64,000 nucleotides of DNA from contig CM060731.1 in the NCBI GenBank assembly GCA_030704615.1, positions 92,628,001 to 92,692,000 of the forward strand, given 5' to 3'. The notes beneath the pieces were generated by a model. It had not been told where the DNA came from. It saw only the letters and a list, made by a program, of their open reading frames with translations, and made no database searches. The stretch comes from Takakia lepidozioides (lineage: Eukaryota; Plantae; Bryophyta). The translations under genes and the position numbers were made by a program. Of the stretch, positions 48,871 through 62,779 are shown piece after piece; position 1 is the first letter of the stretch; each line of letters opens with the position of its first letter.

Positions 48871-49879
48871 AACAATCCACACACGGGATAGGGCAGCGGG
48901 TTTGAACCCCGAACCACCAAGGCGACACATTGTGAACTTACCAGCCGATGTGTTTTTTAAAAATCTTTTGCACTTTGATTCTTTTTATTTATTTATTTAT
49001 TTAAATTCAGTCTAGTGGTCAGAGTCTCCGTTTTTTCAAAATGTAAATACTCATATATGATATATATATAACCAAAAAAGCATGTGTCGACACATGCAGT
49101 CATGTAGTGATTCATCCATGTGATGATCTGGCAAACATGCATTAGAGTGAGAGTCATGAAGTCCTATATGCGTCTAGCAATATGCACACATCATTCTAGT
49201 ATAGCCATGTCCGTGACTGGTAGTCATATCCCGCCATGTCAATATTCGTGGTCAAACATGTTTGACCTCTGTTGAGCAGAGTCCGGAGTCATATAGTCGC
49301 ATATACAACTTCCCCTGATCTGCGTTGTGACTTCAAAGGCATTTACGACTGCATATGGCATTTCTGCCACAAATCTACCATGACTGCGCACATATGGCAG
49401 TCATGAAAGCCACAATCTGTTGTAGTGGCACTATGGAATGAGGATGTATCCCCAATTTGGGAATTAGTCGTTTATGTACGCGGACGAATGAATGGAATTT
49501 GTCGTCTATGTAGGCGGATGAATGTATGGATGACGTGAACAATGCTTAGAAAATTCATTTCGAGACTCGACCTTACTCGTCATTAACAAAGATGACCAAC
49601 CGTTGAAACCATGTGTCTTGACAGGCTTCATTTGTTGCTTGTGATCCAAGTACGAAGCAAATATTTTTGAGCAGTTCTAGTTTTTTTGGTACTCCTACGT
49701 AGATTTGACCATTCAAACATTTATCCCATATTGTTTGCGTTAATTGCTCGGTTGTGTTTAAATATGAAGATAGGTTGTTGGAGGTTGTCTGGCGTGCCTC
49801 GTTTTCGTGTGTTGCGGATAGACGGACGCTGCGACTAAATTAGTTCATCCATGAATATCCTGGAGTTTCGCCAGCATTG

Positions 49880-52030
49880 TTCGGGCCGAACAGAGTTTAG
49901 TTAGGAAGCAGATCCGTTCATTCATTTCTCATTGCTTCTTTTTGTTGCCGTAGGATTATTCGGCGCCGAACAGTCTTACACGCTCGGCAGCTATATGAAC
50001 TTATGTTCTATTCCAGTTTGGTTGTATCCATGTCTTGTGGATTTTTTGGTTTTGTTGTCACTTGACTGTTCGGCGCAGAACAGTCATATAGGCTCGGCTG
50101 TTCTTGGAACATGCTCTACAGCCTCGACACTTGTATTCATTTTCAGAGTTTGGTTTGGGACATGTTTGGGAAAGGCAGATCAACTCTCTAATTGAGGACT
50201 ATGTTCAATCCACAAACATTCAGTCGAAATTGTTTTTTATTTTATTGCCAAAGTTTTTTTACATATTGGGAGTGCCACGAGATGTCGGCTCTGGCTATCT
50301 GTTGACCTATACAGTTTCAGGGAGCAGATGTTATCTATCAGTAGTCACCCAAATGTAAGTAAGACTAAATTGTTCTCACAACCCCCGTCTGCAAAGAGGG
50401 CATGATGCATTCATCTGCAACCATGTGTCGATGCAGTCTTCGTGGAAACAATGCGTGTAGAGACTGAGAGTTCGAATTGCATCCCTAGGTACTGCACACT
50501 CCATGCAAATCAAACATGGTTCGGACTCATCTCCTGCCGCAGGCACAATACTATGAGGATAAGAGTTGGAGATGAACTCCAACGTAACCTCTCTTCTTCA
50601 TCTGCCTCTTTGTCTTCGTCATCTGCACAAAGGGAGTCTAATCTAAGCACGCTGGAGTGGGAGCATTGAGAAAAGACGAATAGAGGAACGAAAACATTGA
50701 GAAAACAAGAAAAGAGGAGAGAGAGTACAGAACAAGGTTACTGTGAGCTTAAACAGTGGACAATTTATTTACCTAACAACTTCCGAAACTATCACGAGGA
50801 TCAGATAATTTTTCGGGATACATATTTGTTGACTGGATATCTTTGACGTTGACCTTGAAAAAATTGACATTCTTTTTGGATAGCTACATTAAGTTTCAAT
50901 TGCACCGCATATAACCGCAAACTTTAAACGCCTCTACATAACTATAGGAAGTACTTACTACATCGCAAACTTGAAACGCCTCAAAAGGTTAAGGTTCGGC
51001 ACCAAATCCGACTTGACAGAGGTTGGGTAGCGCGTGAGCATGCTCACGTGAGCACAAGGCATATTCTCGAATTTGCACGAAATTTCCGTAAAATTTCCAC
51101 TGCGAAACGAATTTGGCGAAACTAAAAACTATGCGAAACTAACACATAGAGAACACGTAGCCCCTATACCCGATGAGCATGTTACCCTATAAGCGTGGCG
51201 TTTTCTCCATAACAGGCGCGAGAGTGTGCGGTGAGGCTTCAACTGAAATTGCAGGTCCTCACCCATAGCTAATTTCTCACGGAAGGAATATGTACCACAC
51301 AACTTTGATAATTTTGCAAGGCGAAACTCTATACCAACCAGCCTGACAAGAAATCAACTGCAGCAAAAAGTATGAGAAGCTCACTATTAAAGTCCCCATA
51401 ACCATGCCCATATCACCAAAGTATTTCTCAAATACCAGTAAGAGTTTCTCGAAGCGAAACCCACTTCTGCATAGTATTTCTCAAATACCAGGAAATGTTT
51501 CTCAAATGCGAAACCCACCGTTGCATACGTTTGTGTCCATAGCACCAAGTCTGTCTCAAATACCAGGAAGGGTTTCTCAATGTGAAACCCACCGCTGCAT
51601 AGGTTTATGCCCATATCACCACGTCTTCCTCAATGCAAAACTTGTCCTGGCTACTCTACTGAAGTTTTCGCCCCACGGAATTGGCGCAGATGTACCGTAT
51701 ATATGCACCGGTCCTCTATACCCGCTTATGGTTTAAGTCCATTTTGGAAACATATAACTCCTATGACTGAGGTTAGAAAAACATGAAACCTTGATGACCG
51801 TGGGTTGTGCTCACGCAATACCAACCCCCGACTTGACACATGCAGAGCCCCCAAAAACAAAAATAAAAAAAGTTTTTAAATTAATTTTAATTTCTATATT
51901 AAATGTCAAAAAATGTAGGTGCGGTCTTGATCGGGCCGAACAGTGCTATATGCCCTGTAGTGATCCAAACTTGCTATGTAACTTTGGGATTTTTATTTGT
52001 TTCCACAGTTTGGTTCGACGCAGGCTCGGC
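49880..52030. repeat. Probable DNA-transposon body with GTTCGG(C)GCCGAAC palindromes and a ~60-75-bp tandem repeat (51405-51625)
   Basis: gttcgggccgaac 49879, ttcggcgccgaac 49959, gttcggcgcagaac 50068, tcgggccgaac 51931; repeated tttctcaaataccag..gaaaccca units. Confidence 0.55.
50376..50582 (-). pseudogene. RING-H2 zinc-finger fragment
   Basis: CLICME..IRTLSLYTHCFHEDCIDTWL..SCPLCR; the third Cys ligand is replaced by Tyr and there is no convincing start. Confidence 0.75.
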
Positions 52031-52224
52031 ACAAGTTCGGGATTTTTTGGATAGAGAATATTCCTCCAAACACAATATTATACCATGTTTGGCAGACTCT
52101 GCCCACAGAAATCAGGGTCTGTGATCATGGAAAAACCAACCTCCCTTGTCTTATATCAGCAGTGACTAGATTAGACAGCCTATATGCTGATGTGTGAAGA
52201 AAGGGGCTTGTAATCTGCCAGACC

Positions 52225-52756
52225 TGTAGGACAAGGCCACCTGGCCAATACGATTAGCTTGGTATTACCTACTTAATCTATGGGGGCTTGTGCTCTCACT
52301 AGTGTTGTGTGTAAAAAGGTGCCCTTGGATGTTACGTTTGTTTGGCCGTGATTGTGATTATGCTGCGTATGCTGTAGCGATTGGTTATTGTACTGCTATG
52401 CTTTGCGGTGGATCCCTCCCTTCTAGTTAAGCCCGCTCTACACACACGACAAATCCCCTTCAAACCCAAGAGCTCTTAGAGGAAAGGAGCATATTCCCAG
52501 GGTTGAAAAAATTCACGCTACAACTCTCTACACAGGGTTTCGGTATGCAAGCTGGTGCACCTGGTGCTTACCTGAGTAAAGGGTCTTTGTTTCTCATATG
52601 TACAACCTGATGTACAGGAGTGGCCTCTGCATACTTCCTCTGTGGATGTCTGTTTATGCTAAGTGCTTGGTGTTGGTAAGCTTGCTGGCCACTTCTCTGC
52701 ACGGGACTCTGTCTCTGCATTGCATCGCGCGTTCTTCTAAGACTACACTCCCCCAA
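52225..52756 (-). mobile_element. LTR (523 bp) with adjacent polypurine tract
   Basis: Termini TGTAG...CTACA (52747 and 52225); minus-strand TTGGGGGAG immediately precedes the TG. Confidence 0.7.
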
Positions 52757-53399
52757 TTCTGAGCACTACTCTAAGAGGAGGGAGAGTCCCCTTCATGCTC
52801 CATACGAGCCATCACACGCTGTTCGCCCATTTTGAACTCTTGGTTTTGGTAAAACACCTGCCAGCACACATTTCTGGCCACAGCAATTCTACTAGTTCCA
52901 CCATCAACTTACATTCCTTACCAGGACTGGCTACGCACCATGCCACTCCAAGTCAGGACCCTGCTAGGAATTATTGAACCTGGATTATGTCAAGAATGGT
53001 TGCTAGAATTACAACAAAAAGTATCCCAAGAGGTTACAAATTGGCCAATCTAGGGGTTATAACCTTTTCACTTGAACCTGTGTGGACAGTGGATCAGGGA
53101 TGGTTGATGTCTGCAGAGCCACCCTCTTAAACGAATCAACTAAATTTGAGCCTCAATAAGCTACTTGAGAAATCAAGACTGATTTTGATTGGCACACAAG
53201 AAGCTATGTCCAGATGCCAAAGCAGGGCTACCCCTTGCCATCGATTTCATTATCTGGAAGAAATCCAGGGACCCGAAAAATATGGATGACAAGGAATATT
53301 TTGCTTTATGCTACATAAGCAGTCGAAACCCTCATTACGAGAGGTGGGTTGCAATGAGGTGGGTTGGGGTGGCACGTGCTACGAGCGAGACAGTCCTGA

Positions 53400-56300
53400 T
53401 CAGTGTCCACCAGATGTAGGCCTGTAATTGTCCTCCCTGGCCCTCGTAGCAAGCTGCAACCCGATTCTCTTGGCTGCCTCTGTCCTGTGGTTGACAAAAG
53501 CAATAACGTTAACGGCCGTGGCTCGTAAATTAATGGTGAAGTATGGATTGACAGCAATGCAAACTGTCTTATATGATTCAAAAGCTGATTGAAGTAGCCA
53601 ATGCACAAATGGAGAAAAGCTAGTAGCTAAGAAGATTCAATTTCTTATCCCCATCTATTTCAAGGGTGATCTGCTCTGCCCAAACACCTCCTGCAGCAGC
53701 CAAAAAGCACTTATAGCTGAGACTTCCCATGCCTTCCAACTCTTACGAGCCAGATCTACTCAACACTTAAAAAAGAGGGTAGACGAACAAACTTGACACA
53801 GTGACGAATCAAGTTGCGATCAAGCACGCCAACAAGCTTGCAGCCCTGATTCTGCCATTGCTTGCCTCCATGTGTAACAACTGGCAGTTGACGATGCTCG
53901 TGGGCTCTCATGAGTTCTTCTGCCCTCCGCAGATTCATGTCAGGAAAGCAAACAACCAGGTCGGTATTATCGCCTTTGTTGGCACCCTTCCCACTGCAGA
54001 TGGCCGCCACCAGCATTGTGTCTACCTGCCCCATTACCATTAGTATGTGAGGAAGAACTCTCTCCCTTTGGTTTTGGTTTCTGTGATTCTACCATTGGGT
54101 TCTTTTGTTTTCCTAGATATCTCTTGGGCCCTTTGGGCCTCCATAATATATTCCTTTCTTTCTCCTGTGGATATTATACAAGTTCATTTCTTTGGCTAGG
54201 TTGTGAGGAGGAGATATTAAGTAATCATGGTCAATTTTTGGTGTAACACCTGAAAAATGAAACATGAAGGCTGTGCTAGACGAGAGAGAGATCATCTGGG
54301 AGGAATTGTATTAACATTGCAAATGCTGCACTTACATGATTCTCAGCTGCAAAATTATGTGCAGAAAGTAAGGGATATTCCTCTATTCATGGAACTTTTG
54401 CCAGCAAATCCCTAATTTGCTCCAAGAGCAAATACTCAACTCCACTAGACCCATCAAGCCTACTTTCTCTCCGCCCCAGGCCGGTCTACACACTAGCGAT
54501 TAACGTTCTTTCAAAATGATTTGCTGCCATTCATTTGGTTTATCTTTTCAGCAAATGACTAACTTCTGGTTACATTCAAGTGTGAGTTACACAAATGAAC
54601 AACAGTACCTCTAGCATGCTCGGCTCCTCCAAAAACACAGACTCCTCAGCAACCCTGAGGACTTCCCGCTGCAAATCACTAAAAGTCACGATCCCCTCTA
54701 GCAGATCATTCTCATCTACTATCAGTGCGAACCGTTGCCGAGCTGCCAAAATGACACCAATCGTTTCTTTCACAGTGGCCATTGCTTGCACTTTTACACA
54801 AACCTTTGACATTGACTGAGCCACCTGCATTCACACCCATCTCAACAAAGTCCAAAAACTTGAATTCTCTAGAACGAAGTAACATCACCCACAGATAATG
54901 TCAGCTGACTTCGCCACCATTCAACCAGTGGTTGCAGGCAAACACTCCATTGCTGACTTTCCAACCAGCTGTTGAACAGGAATGTGGTGGCAACAAATGC
55001 AATCGCTAGCCACTTCATTTTAATTATCCTTATATTGGACCATGGCCAAAGAGAGGAATGTATCGTCACTCTCCACTCTTTCTTTGAGATCACTCCCTCC
55101 CATTCAATGGACATATGTGCTTTTTTCCTCACTTGTGAACACAATTTCAGCACTTGATGATGGCAGTTAAGAGGAAAATAACCATTCTCAAGCATCATCC
55201 TTGATCCATTAGAGCTCTCAACTCCTCTTAGAAGATGGGCACTTTTGCCACTTCTAGCATGATGGAGAGGCCTGTGTGTATCCGACCTCCCCAAAGCCCC
55301 TAGATATAGCGGGGAATGAACCCCCAAGATAGCCCTCAAGTAAAGACTCCGACCAAGTTTTCCTCACTTGTTTGCAGCTGTAATTGGAACTGAGAGCACC
55401 TGCTTTGATGTTCTGCTGGTTACTTCTAAATGGTAAATGCTTACTCATGCTCTACAGTGGGGTAGCTACACAGACAGAACAGAATCTCTAAGTGAGAGCA
55501 CATACCGTGCACTCCTCCATCAAAGTGTCGTCAGAGATATAGATGTCTTCAAGGTCATTAAAGCTGTCCAATGTACAAAGTTTGACCTCCATCCCAGAGG
55601 TCCCTTTCCTGCGCCACACACACCCACTCTGCAACACATTTAGAGGGGCCCCATCTGGATCCAATATACCAGAAGTGTCCCTGGGGGCAGGCCTCTTCTG
55701 GTTTCCAACAGCAGCCACCCATATTGCCAGTCCCACAGCTCCCTGCCCAGTCCAACAAATCATCAGTGCTCCTGGGTTTCCCCTTTTCTCAGTTATCCAT
55801 GTATTGAGTGAGTAAGAACGTAGGAGTTTTCATTCAATCAGAGGTTGTTTATTGTTAATTCCTGTTGGAGTTTGGAATCTGAAGATCAAGAAAGCATATC
55901 CCATGGCTCTCATCATGATGACAGTGGGACCAACCCCATGCTCGACAGTTAATGCTGCTCAACAATAGGGTGAGGACAACTCACTCAATCAAGCCTCTGG
56001 TGCTTTCATACACAACATAGAAATGTCTTTCCTGTTTCCAAATGTAGCCAACCCTTATAATGGTCCAGTGTGTCTATTAGCCAGGGCACTACTGAGGAAT
56101 ACATATCTTAATCCTAGTGATTTCAAGGTATTGGACTACCTCACTTTCTTTGGAAGCCTCACCTTCACTTGGATGACCCTTGCTTGGGACACTATTCCAG
56201 CCAACTACCAGAACAAGGAGGATATTGCTGAGAGAGTTTTCAATTAAGTATCGTTCTGACAAACTCTATTACCATGATAAAAAGAGTAGTTATTCAAATA

Positions 56301-59300
56301 TAAATAAATGCAAGAGAAATTGATCCTCAAGAGATGTCAGAAAGAGCACACCATGAGGGGAAGCAATATGTGGTAGTCCTTGGTGAGCTCAAAGAGAAGG
56401 AGCACTGAAGTGAGAGGAACTGAACATACTGCAGCCAGAAGTGCTGCCATTCCCACCTATTGCCCACCAAACCAAATGCACTGGGAGAGTAAGACAGGTT
56501 GTGGTGGACCCAAACTGTGCCAATCCACAAATCAGACCTGTAGCCTGTAACTTGGTCAAAATTTGTAGTCTCTTCAAATTTGACCCCACAAGGCAAGAAA
56601 GAGTACTTAAACATCCTATCCAACATTCTTGCTACTAAAACTGCTGGAATTAGCCCTGCACATGACTACAAATGGATGCAAATTATTCTGTTATAGCATG
56701 TACTAGCAGACCAAACTATTTGAGTTTTTTGGCAAATAGCTCAAGTCTTGTATTATCATCCTAAAATGACAATGCTATGTCCATGTAAGTATATTCTAAC
56801 TCCAGAGTTACATTTGAAAAGTGACCAAATCAAAGACTGCGGTATTATAAGTGTCATTCACTGAGTATCAGATCATGAACATCATCATGCATAACAGTGA
56901 GTAGCTGCTACAACTTCCGTTTAAACCTTGACCAATTTTCTGTTACTCTCAAACTGAATTCAAGAAAAACCAATGAGCATTGATCATAACTAAAATATGG
57001 AGTCCATGCAAGTACCAAAGCATAGGCCTGCGGATGGGCAACAGCATCATGCCCTGGCAATGCAGCATTGATGGCCTTTCCAACTATGCTTCCATAAACA
57101 GCTCCACCTGCTGATCCTATGAACAAGCTGGGGGCATACAATCCCCCAACCAGCCCCGACCCTTTACACAATGCTGTAGCTACTATTTTAGCAACAGTGA
57201 GCTGTGCCAACAAGGCTTGGCCAGGGGCCAATGCTGTGAACCCTGTCTTCAAGATCTCATCCACATTGGTGAAACCCCAATAGAGAACCCCCGGATATTG
57301 TAGAGCAATAATGCCTACCCATAGACCTCCAATCGCGGGGGTGACTGAAATGGGTATACCGACTCGATCCTTTAAGAAGTCAAAGAACCGGGTGAACCAG
57401 GCAACAAGCCGGGTGAAGATCACACTCATGATGCCACAGATGCCTCCGAGCAGTATATACAGTGGTAGTTCTGCACACCCAAAATCACCTTCAAAAGCTA
57501 GTGATCCATCCAGGCATTATGTTTTCAAGGAAAATGTTTGGCAAGTGATACCAAAACTAGGTTGAGGAGGGGGCAGGGGGAGGGAGGGAGGTAAAGTTAG
57601 TACCAGCAGCAGAACGCAACTCATATGGTGGCACTGTGAACGCGGGCCTCTCACCAAGCAATACTTGTGACACAGTGGACGAAATCACTGCAGCCAGGAT
57701 GATCATGGCTGTAGTGAGTGGGGGTGAGTTTTCAGCATGTTGAGGTCTCAACACAGTTTCAATTGCGAAGAAGGTTCCTGCAACAGGTGCATTGAAACCT
57801 GCGTACATAACAGCATGAAATGAGCAGACTGAGCAGTTAAAGCTCAAACTTACAAACCTCACCACCACTTACATCACGCCAAGGGCACCTTTGCTAAAGG
57901 AATCCACCCTACAAAGCCCTCACCACACTCCCTCTCAATACCTAGAGCTATGGAGGTGAAAGAGACTCATGGAAGGCTCAACTACAAGAAGATGAGCCTC
58001 CTCAACCCTCACAAGGAGAAAACCTACCCCATGTCCCAAGTGAGGCTTGACACCTCACTTGGCATATGAGACCAAATGAAATGGACTGCATTAGTTGTCT
58101 TAGTTATTGACTCTGAAGCAGTAGCTGTTCCGCCCAAACTGGGCGCAGGGTCAATGGCCACAAGGCTACGGCAAACAACGTTTTATGAGTACATTCTGAA
58201 GCAGTAGCAGTAACTGATGAAATGAAAATAATTTTGCACGTTTTCTTTGGTTTTGCAAATGTGCGCCCTTCAGATAGAACCAACATTGATGCCCCTCTGA
58301 TGTACACAACATAGGAATCCCAGTACTACAGCAAATCAGTCCCTGCTTCAGGCATATCACCTTCAGACCAGTTGAAGGTCTGTGACATATTCAATGCGAA
58401 ATAATGCTTAAAAGAGATCTCCTACTGATGAGAATGTACTCATGAGATGTTGTTTGCTGTAACCTTATGGCCACCGACTCTCCTACTGATGAGAGGGAGA
58501 GAGAGAGAGAATGTGCTCATAAGATGTTGTTTGCCGTAGCCCTGTGGTGAATAGACCCTGCACCCAGTTTGGGAGGAACAAAAGGGAACAAACACTACCT
58601 TTGTGAGGGGCTCACTAAGTGGTGGGACTTAACATGATATCAGAATGTACTCATGAGACGTTGTTTGCCATAGCCTTACTGTGATATGAGAGAGAGAGAG
58701 AGAGAGAGAATGTACTCATAAGACGTTGTTAGCCATAGCCTTGTGCCCATAGACCCCCGCGCCCAGTCTGGGAGGAACAAGTGGCAACAGACATGCCCTG
58801 AATTTAAATTTCAGTGTAATGCCGAGGGTAGGTAGGCCCAAACGAGAATGTACTCATGAGAAATTGTTTGCCATAGCCTTGTGGTCATAGACCCCCCCCC
58901 CCCCAGTTTCGGCAGAACAAGAGAGAGAATGAAATGAAATGGTACTTTATAACATCCGTGGGAAGCTCAAAGGGCTTGTTAGCCGTAGCCTTGTGGCCAT
59001 AGACCCCGTGCCCAGTTTGGGCAGAACAAAGGGGAACAGACGCTACCTTTGTGAGGGGCTCACTCCGATAGTGGGCCTTACCAAGATAAAGAAAATTAGT
59101 TCAGGCTGTCCAGATATCCTCTAGAAAGCCCTTCACACAAGATTTAGCCTGCTGTGTGTGAGCTGCCCAGCAATTAGACCCCAACAGGGCCAGGGCTTTA
59201 GGCTCAGCCTCAAGATTTTCAAAGTTGGTGAAGCGAGGTGCAGGAACACTGTTCTTGATGTTCCTGAAGAGGGTCGCTCTCTGGTGACAATGTATCACAA

Positions 59301-59488
59301 AATGGATATTATCTTCAGGCTGCTTGCACATCGGGCAATTACAATCTCCTTTTCCTTCTGCATCTGTTTATTCTTCAAAGGTAGGTTCCCGCCCTGAGTT
59401 AAATTTCAGTCGAGTGCCCGAGGGTAGGTAGGCCCTTGAGATCATCCTTAAGGCCCCAGCCCATGTCACAGACTGGAAACAAGTTTAG

Positions 59489-59525
<37 letters not shown>

Positions 59526-61827
59526 ACACACACACACACAAATTCAAGGATAGAGAGAGAGCCAAAGGGATCAGGCAATTCTTCAGAGTTGTTACAAAGA
59601 ACTTCCTTGAATTCTTTCAAGGAAAAGAACGTACTCATAAGACTTTGCTTGCCATAGCCTTGTGGCCATAGGCCTGGTGTCCAGTTTGGGTGGAACTAAA
59701 GGGAACATAAACTACCGTTACATGCACTACTATTGACCAAGGGTGGGACCTTTAAGCTCCAAAATGGGAAAAGTCCAAGCTGCTAAACACATCTACAACT
59801 GTAGATGGACACAGTCAAAGGATTGAATGAGGCAAACCTGATGCAATACCAGCAGCAGCACCGGCAGCAGCAAGTGCAATCCGTCTCTCCCGACTGTTTT
59901 TCATGATTTCTGAGTAACCATGAGCCCATGACTTCCCAATATCAACACTTGGGCCTTCAGGCCCAAGTGAGCAACCAGTTCCCAGGGTCACCGCTGCCTG
60001 CACAGCTTTGATGACAGGCTTTAAAGCTGCAAGCCAGTCAATTTTGCGGCCTGAACTCTGTGGCCGTGAGACCTGGACCAGATCCACAATCCCATGAACG
60101 GCATGAAACATTCCAACAACTACGCCCCCGACAACTGGAATCAAGAGAATTCGATGCCAAGTGTCAGAAAGTCTCTGGGCTCGCAGCCATGCTGCACCTT
60201 CATGAGGAGTCCCGGCCCATGCCAAGTCATGTATTACATGCACCTGCACCCATCAATCAACATAAGGCTTATGCTATTTCCTTCCGCATGAAATACAGCC
60301 TCATGTAACTGCCACCAAGGGTTTGACTTATTCTGCTATCCCACAAACCTTATGCTTAACATCATTGATTCCTACACTAATATCAAAGAGAGGAAGACAG
60401 GTCTCTCGCACCATGACTGGTTTGGCGGTTGAGGGGTGCGTGACAGGTAGCTAGAGAGATGGAAGGGCAACGTGTTCTCTATATTGCATCTGCCCCTCTT
60501 TTAAAATGTACAACCGAGTAAAGAGTGACGATCAATTCTGCGAACCATGAATGTGAACCATTTTACTAGATGATTCGATTTCTCTGTAAATCTGATGATA
60601 ACATATTGGTGTGCAACTTCAATATGGCAGATACTAAAAATTCTAGGCAAAGGCTTGCAGGACTCCCCTGTGTTGCAAGTGGGACATGGAAAATACGGTA
60701 AATTAATTGTCTTCCAGTCTTGCTTAGAGAAACTGTGGAGGCCAATGCAGGATACTTTCCTTTAGTCTCCCTCCCTCCCTTACAAACCAAGTCGACCCTT
60801 GCTGTCTTGCTTCCCCCACCCTCCTTCTTCTTCACCTAGCTTCGACATGAGAAACTAAGTTTGGAAGAGAAGGGAGAAAGACCCTTGATTGACACACTTG
60901 CAAACTCTGCATGAGAGCAGTGCATACAGAATCATTCCAAGAACCCCCAAGGTGCCTCCTTTCTCCTGTCTTTTCCATACAGCTCAAATATAGACAGCTA
61001 AAGATCAAATTCCCTGTCAGAAGTGGACTTACCCCCTTATTGAAGACAACCACACTGATGCCAGTAGACATGCCAAGCAGACAGCCCAGCAATAGGAGCG
61101 CCCACTCTGGAGGAACCCTCTCACTAACTTGCAGAGCTATGGATGGTCTTCTTTGTAGTTGGGTTTGATTTAATGTCAATGATGGCTCCTGCCTTTCCAC
61201 TACTCTCTCAGCCACTTTTCTTCTCTCCCGTGGTGCAGTTTCAATGTCTGCATCCCCATCTGAAGGTACTGACGGTAACATTGCACTAAGGTGGCCTGTC
61301 TGCCTCCTTGCATCATGGCTTTCCACCCAGCTCCTCATCTCTGTACCTCCCATTCCTGATGGTTCGCAAAATTCATGTGTCTCATGCATCCCATTTCCTT
61401 GTGTCTTAACCTCACTACTTCTATCTCGTCTCAGCTCCCCTTGTGCTTCCACATCCGAGTCTGTGTCAGACTCTGGAGATTGCACCAGTGGTCGGTTCTG
61501 GTTGCCGAGCGAGATCTTGCTTCTTGTCCTCTCTCCCACATTTTCCAACACAGCATTGATCTCAGAAGCTGAGGACCAGAGATTCAAGCGTCTGTCTCTA
61601 TCATCAGAAATGATTGCAGGAACTGGTGTCCAATAGGTCATGTAGTGATTCACAACCTCGGAGTTCCCCTCAACGGCTGTGGACTGGAGAAGGGGGAGGA
61701 GGGGGCAAATCTCTGGGTGGTTGCTAAAATCCACAATCTTCGTTATTTGATCCCCATGAAATTCAGCATCAGAGTCTGAATCAGAAGCTGGCGGCCACAG
61801 CAGTGACTGCCTGTCACTATCTGTCAT
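53400..61827 (-). CDS. CLC-f: Chloride channel CLC-f (prokaryotic-type CLC + CBS domains)
   Basis: Approximate exons 61827-61033, 60243-59838, 57798-57604, 57470-57016, 56456-56352, 55742-55506, 54824-54609, 54025-53792, 53485-53400. Motifs PEWALLLLGCLLG, SLGPEGPSV, GFNAPVAGTFFAIE, GLVGGLYAPSLFIG, VPLTSVLLLFELTKDY; CBS LEGIVTFSD and LVGVLDR. Confidence 0.95.
58105..59720 (-). mobile_element. Cluster of ~8 short 3' fragments of the same LINE family in CLC-f intron 2
   Basis: Terminus (ga)n-aatgtactcat.aga..ttgtttgcc.tagccttgtggcc or variants at ~58433, 58510, 58644, 58709, 58847, 58940 and 59629, plus an inverted copy ending ~58197. Confidence 0.88.
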
Positions 61828-62779
61828 CCTTGTCCGCTTCTCATGCAATTCTCCTTCAAGAAGAGGGTCTGCTAAAACCCAGAAGCACTAATTTACCTCA
61901 AGTAGGAAGCTTGCAGATGTTTATCACGCACATACGTTTGCATGAATGTCACCTTTGTTGGCCAACTTAGCGGGAGACTTACATGTAGCAATCACGGCTA
62001 GATTGGAGAAACCCTAGGTCAAGTAGATCCAGGCTAGAAGGCAACGGTGATCAACCTCTGACCGCTGAGGTTTTGAGGGACTGACTACCGATATAAGCAA
62101 GTCTGCACGCTGATCGTGTCTCGACGGCAGTCAGAAGTAGCCCCACAGCACCCACACCGTCAAATGCAGCTGTGTGACTTCAGATGCCACTGCCCCTTCA
62201 TTCTAGAGTTGCAATGAACCCTAGATGCGCTTTCCTCTACTAACTGCATTGTGGTAACACCAAAGAAGAAGCTTCGTCATTGCCCGGTCGCGTGACGCTG
62301 ATGCGCAGCCTAAGACACCTCCAGAATCGTACAATCTAGCCCAGTGCACTGTAGTGGGACTATTAGAGCAGTGACCTGACACATTTCCCCATGGGCAAAG
62401 GCAGTGCTTGTGCTTGTGCGTCTCCTCACTGTTGGACAGCTGCCCCAGCTTCAAAGCCTAGCCAGATGGATCGGTTCGTGTTGCAATATGCGCAATATCC
62501 GCAATGCACATTGCAATGGCTGCATCTTTGGGATTCCAATGGGACGGGCCACATTTATCCATGGAAGTCCTCCTCTCTGTCATTTATATGTGATCTGATA
62601 TGTTTTTCAACTATTGTGCATTCAATACAGCCACCGAGCCATTCCACATTATTGTGCGTTCGAACTCTTATGATGAGACAATCCACACTTACTTTACTGC
62701 CGTCCACGACAGCGTGCGAAGGTCTCAGAAACAGACATATACCAGTGCAACCGCAATGGATGAGCTTGTTTTAATCCCG

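Larger units (their letters stand above)
43180..49427. mobile_element. CACTA termini enclosing nested insertions (non-autonomous)
   Basis: Left CACTACAACATATCTTGGCTTTAAGGTCTGCCACAT; right (rc) CACTACAACAGATTGTGGCTTTCATGACTGCCATAT; shared subterminal ccgccatgtca..ggtcaaacat.tttgacc. The 3-bp flanks differ (aat vs gca), so the ends may come from two copies. Confidence 0.7.

Noticed and set aside
48885-48950. tRNA or tRNA-derived SINE (GGGTTTGAACCCC, B-box-like)
   Set aside because: No cloverleaf, A-box or TSD is evident.
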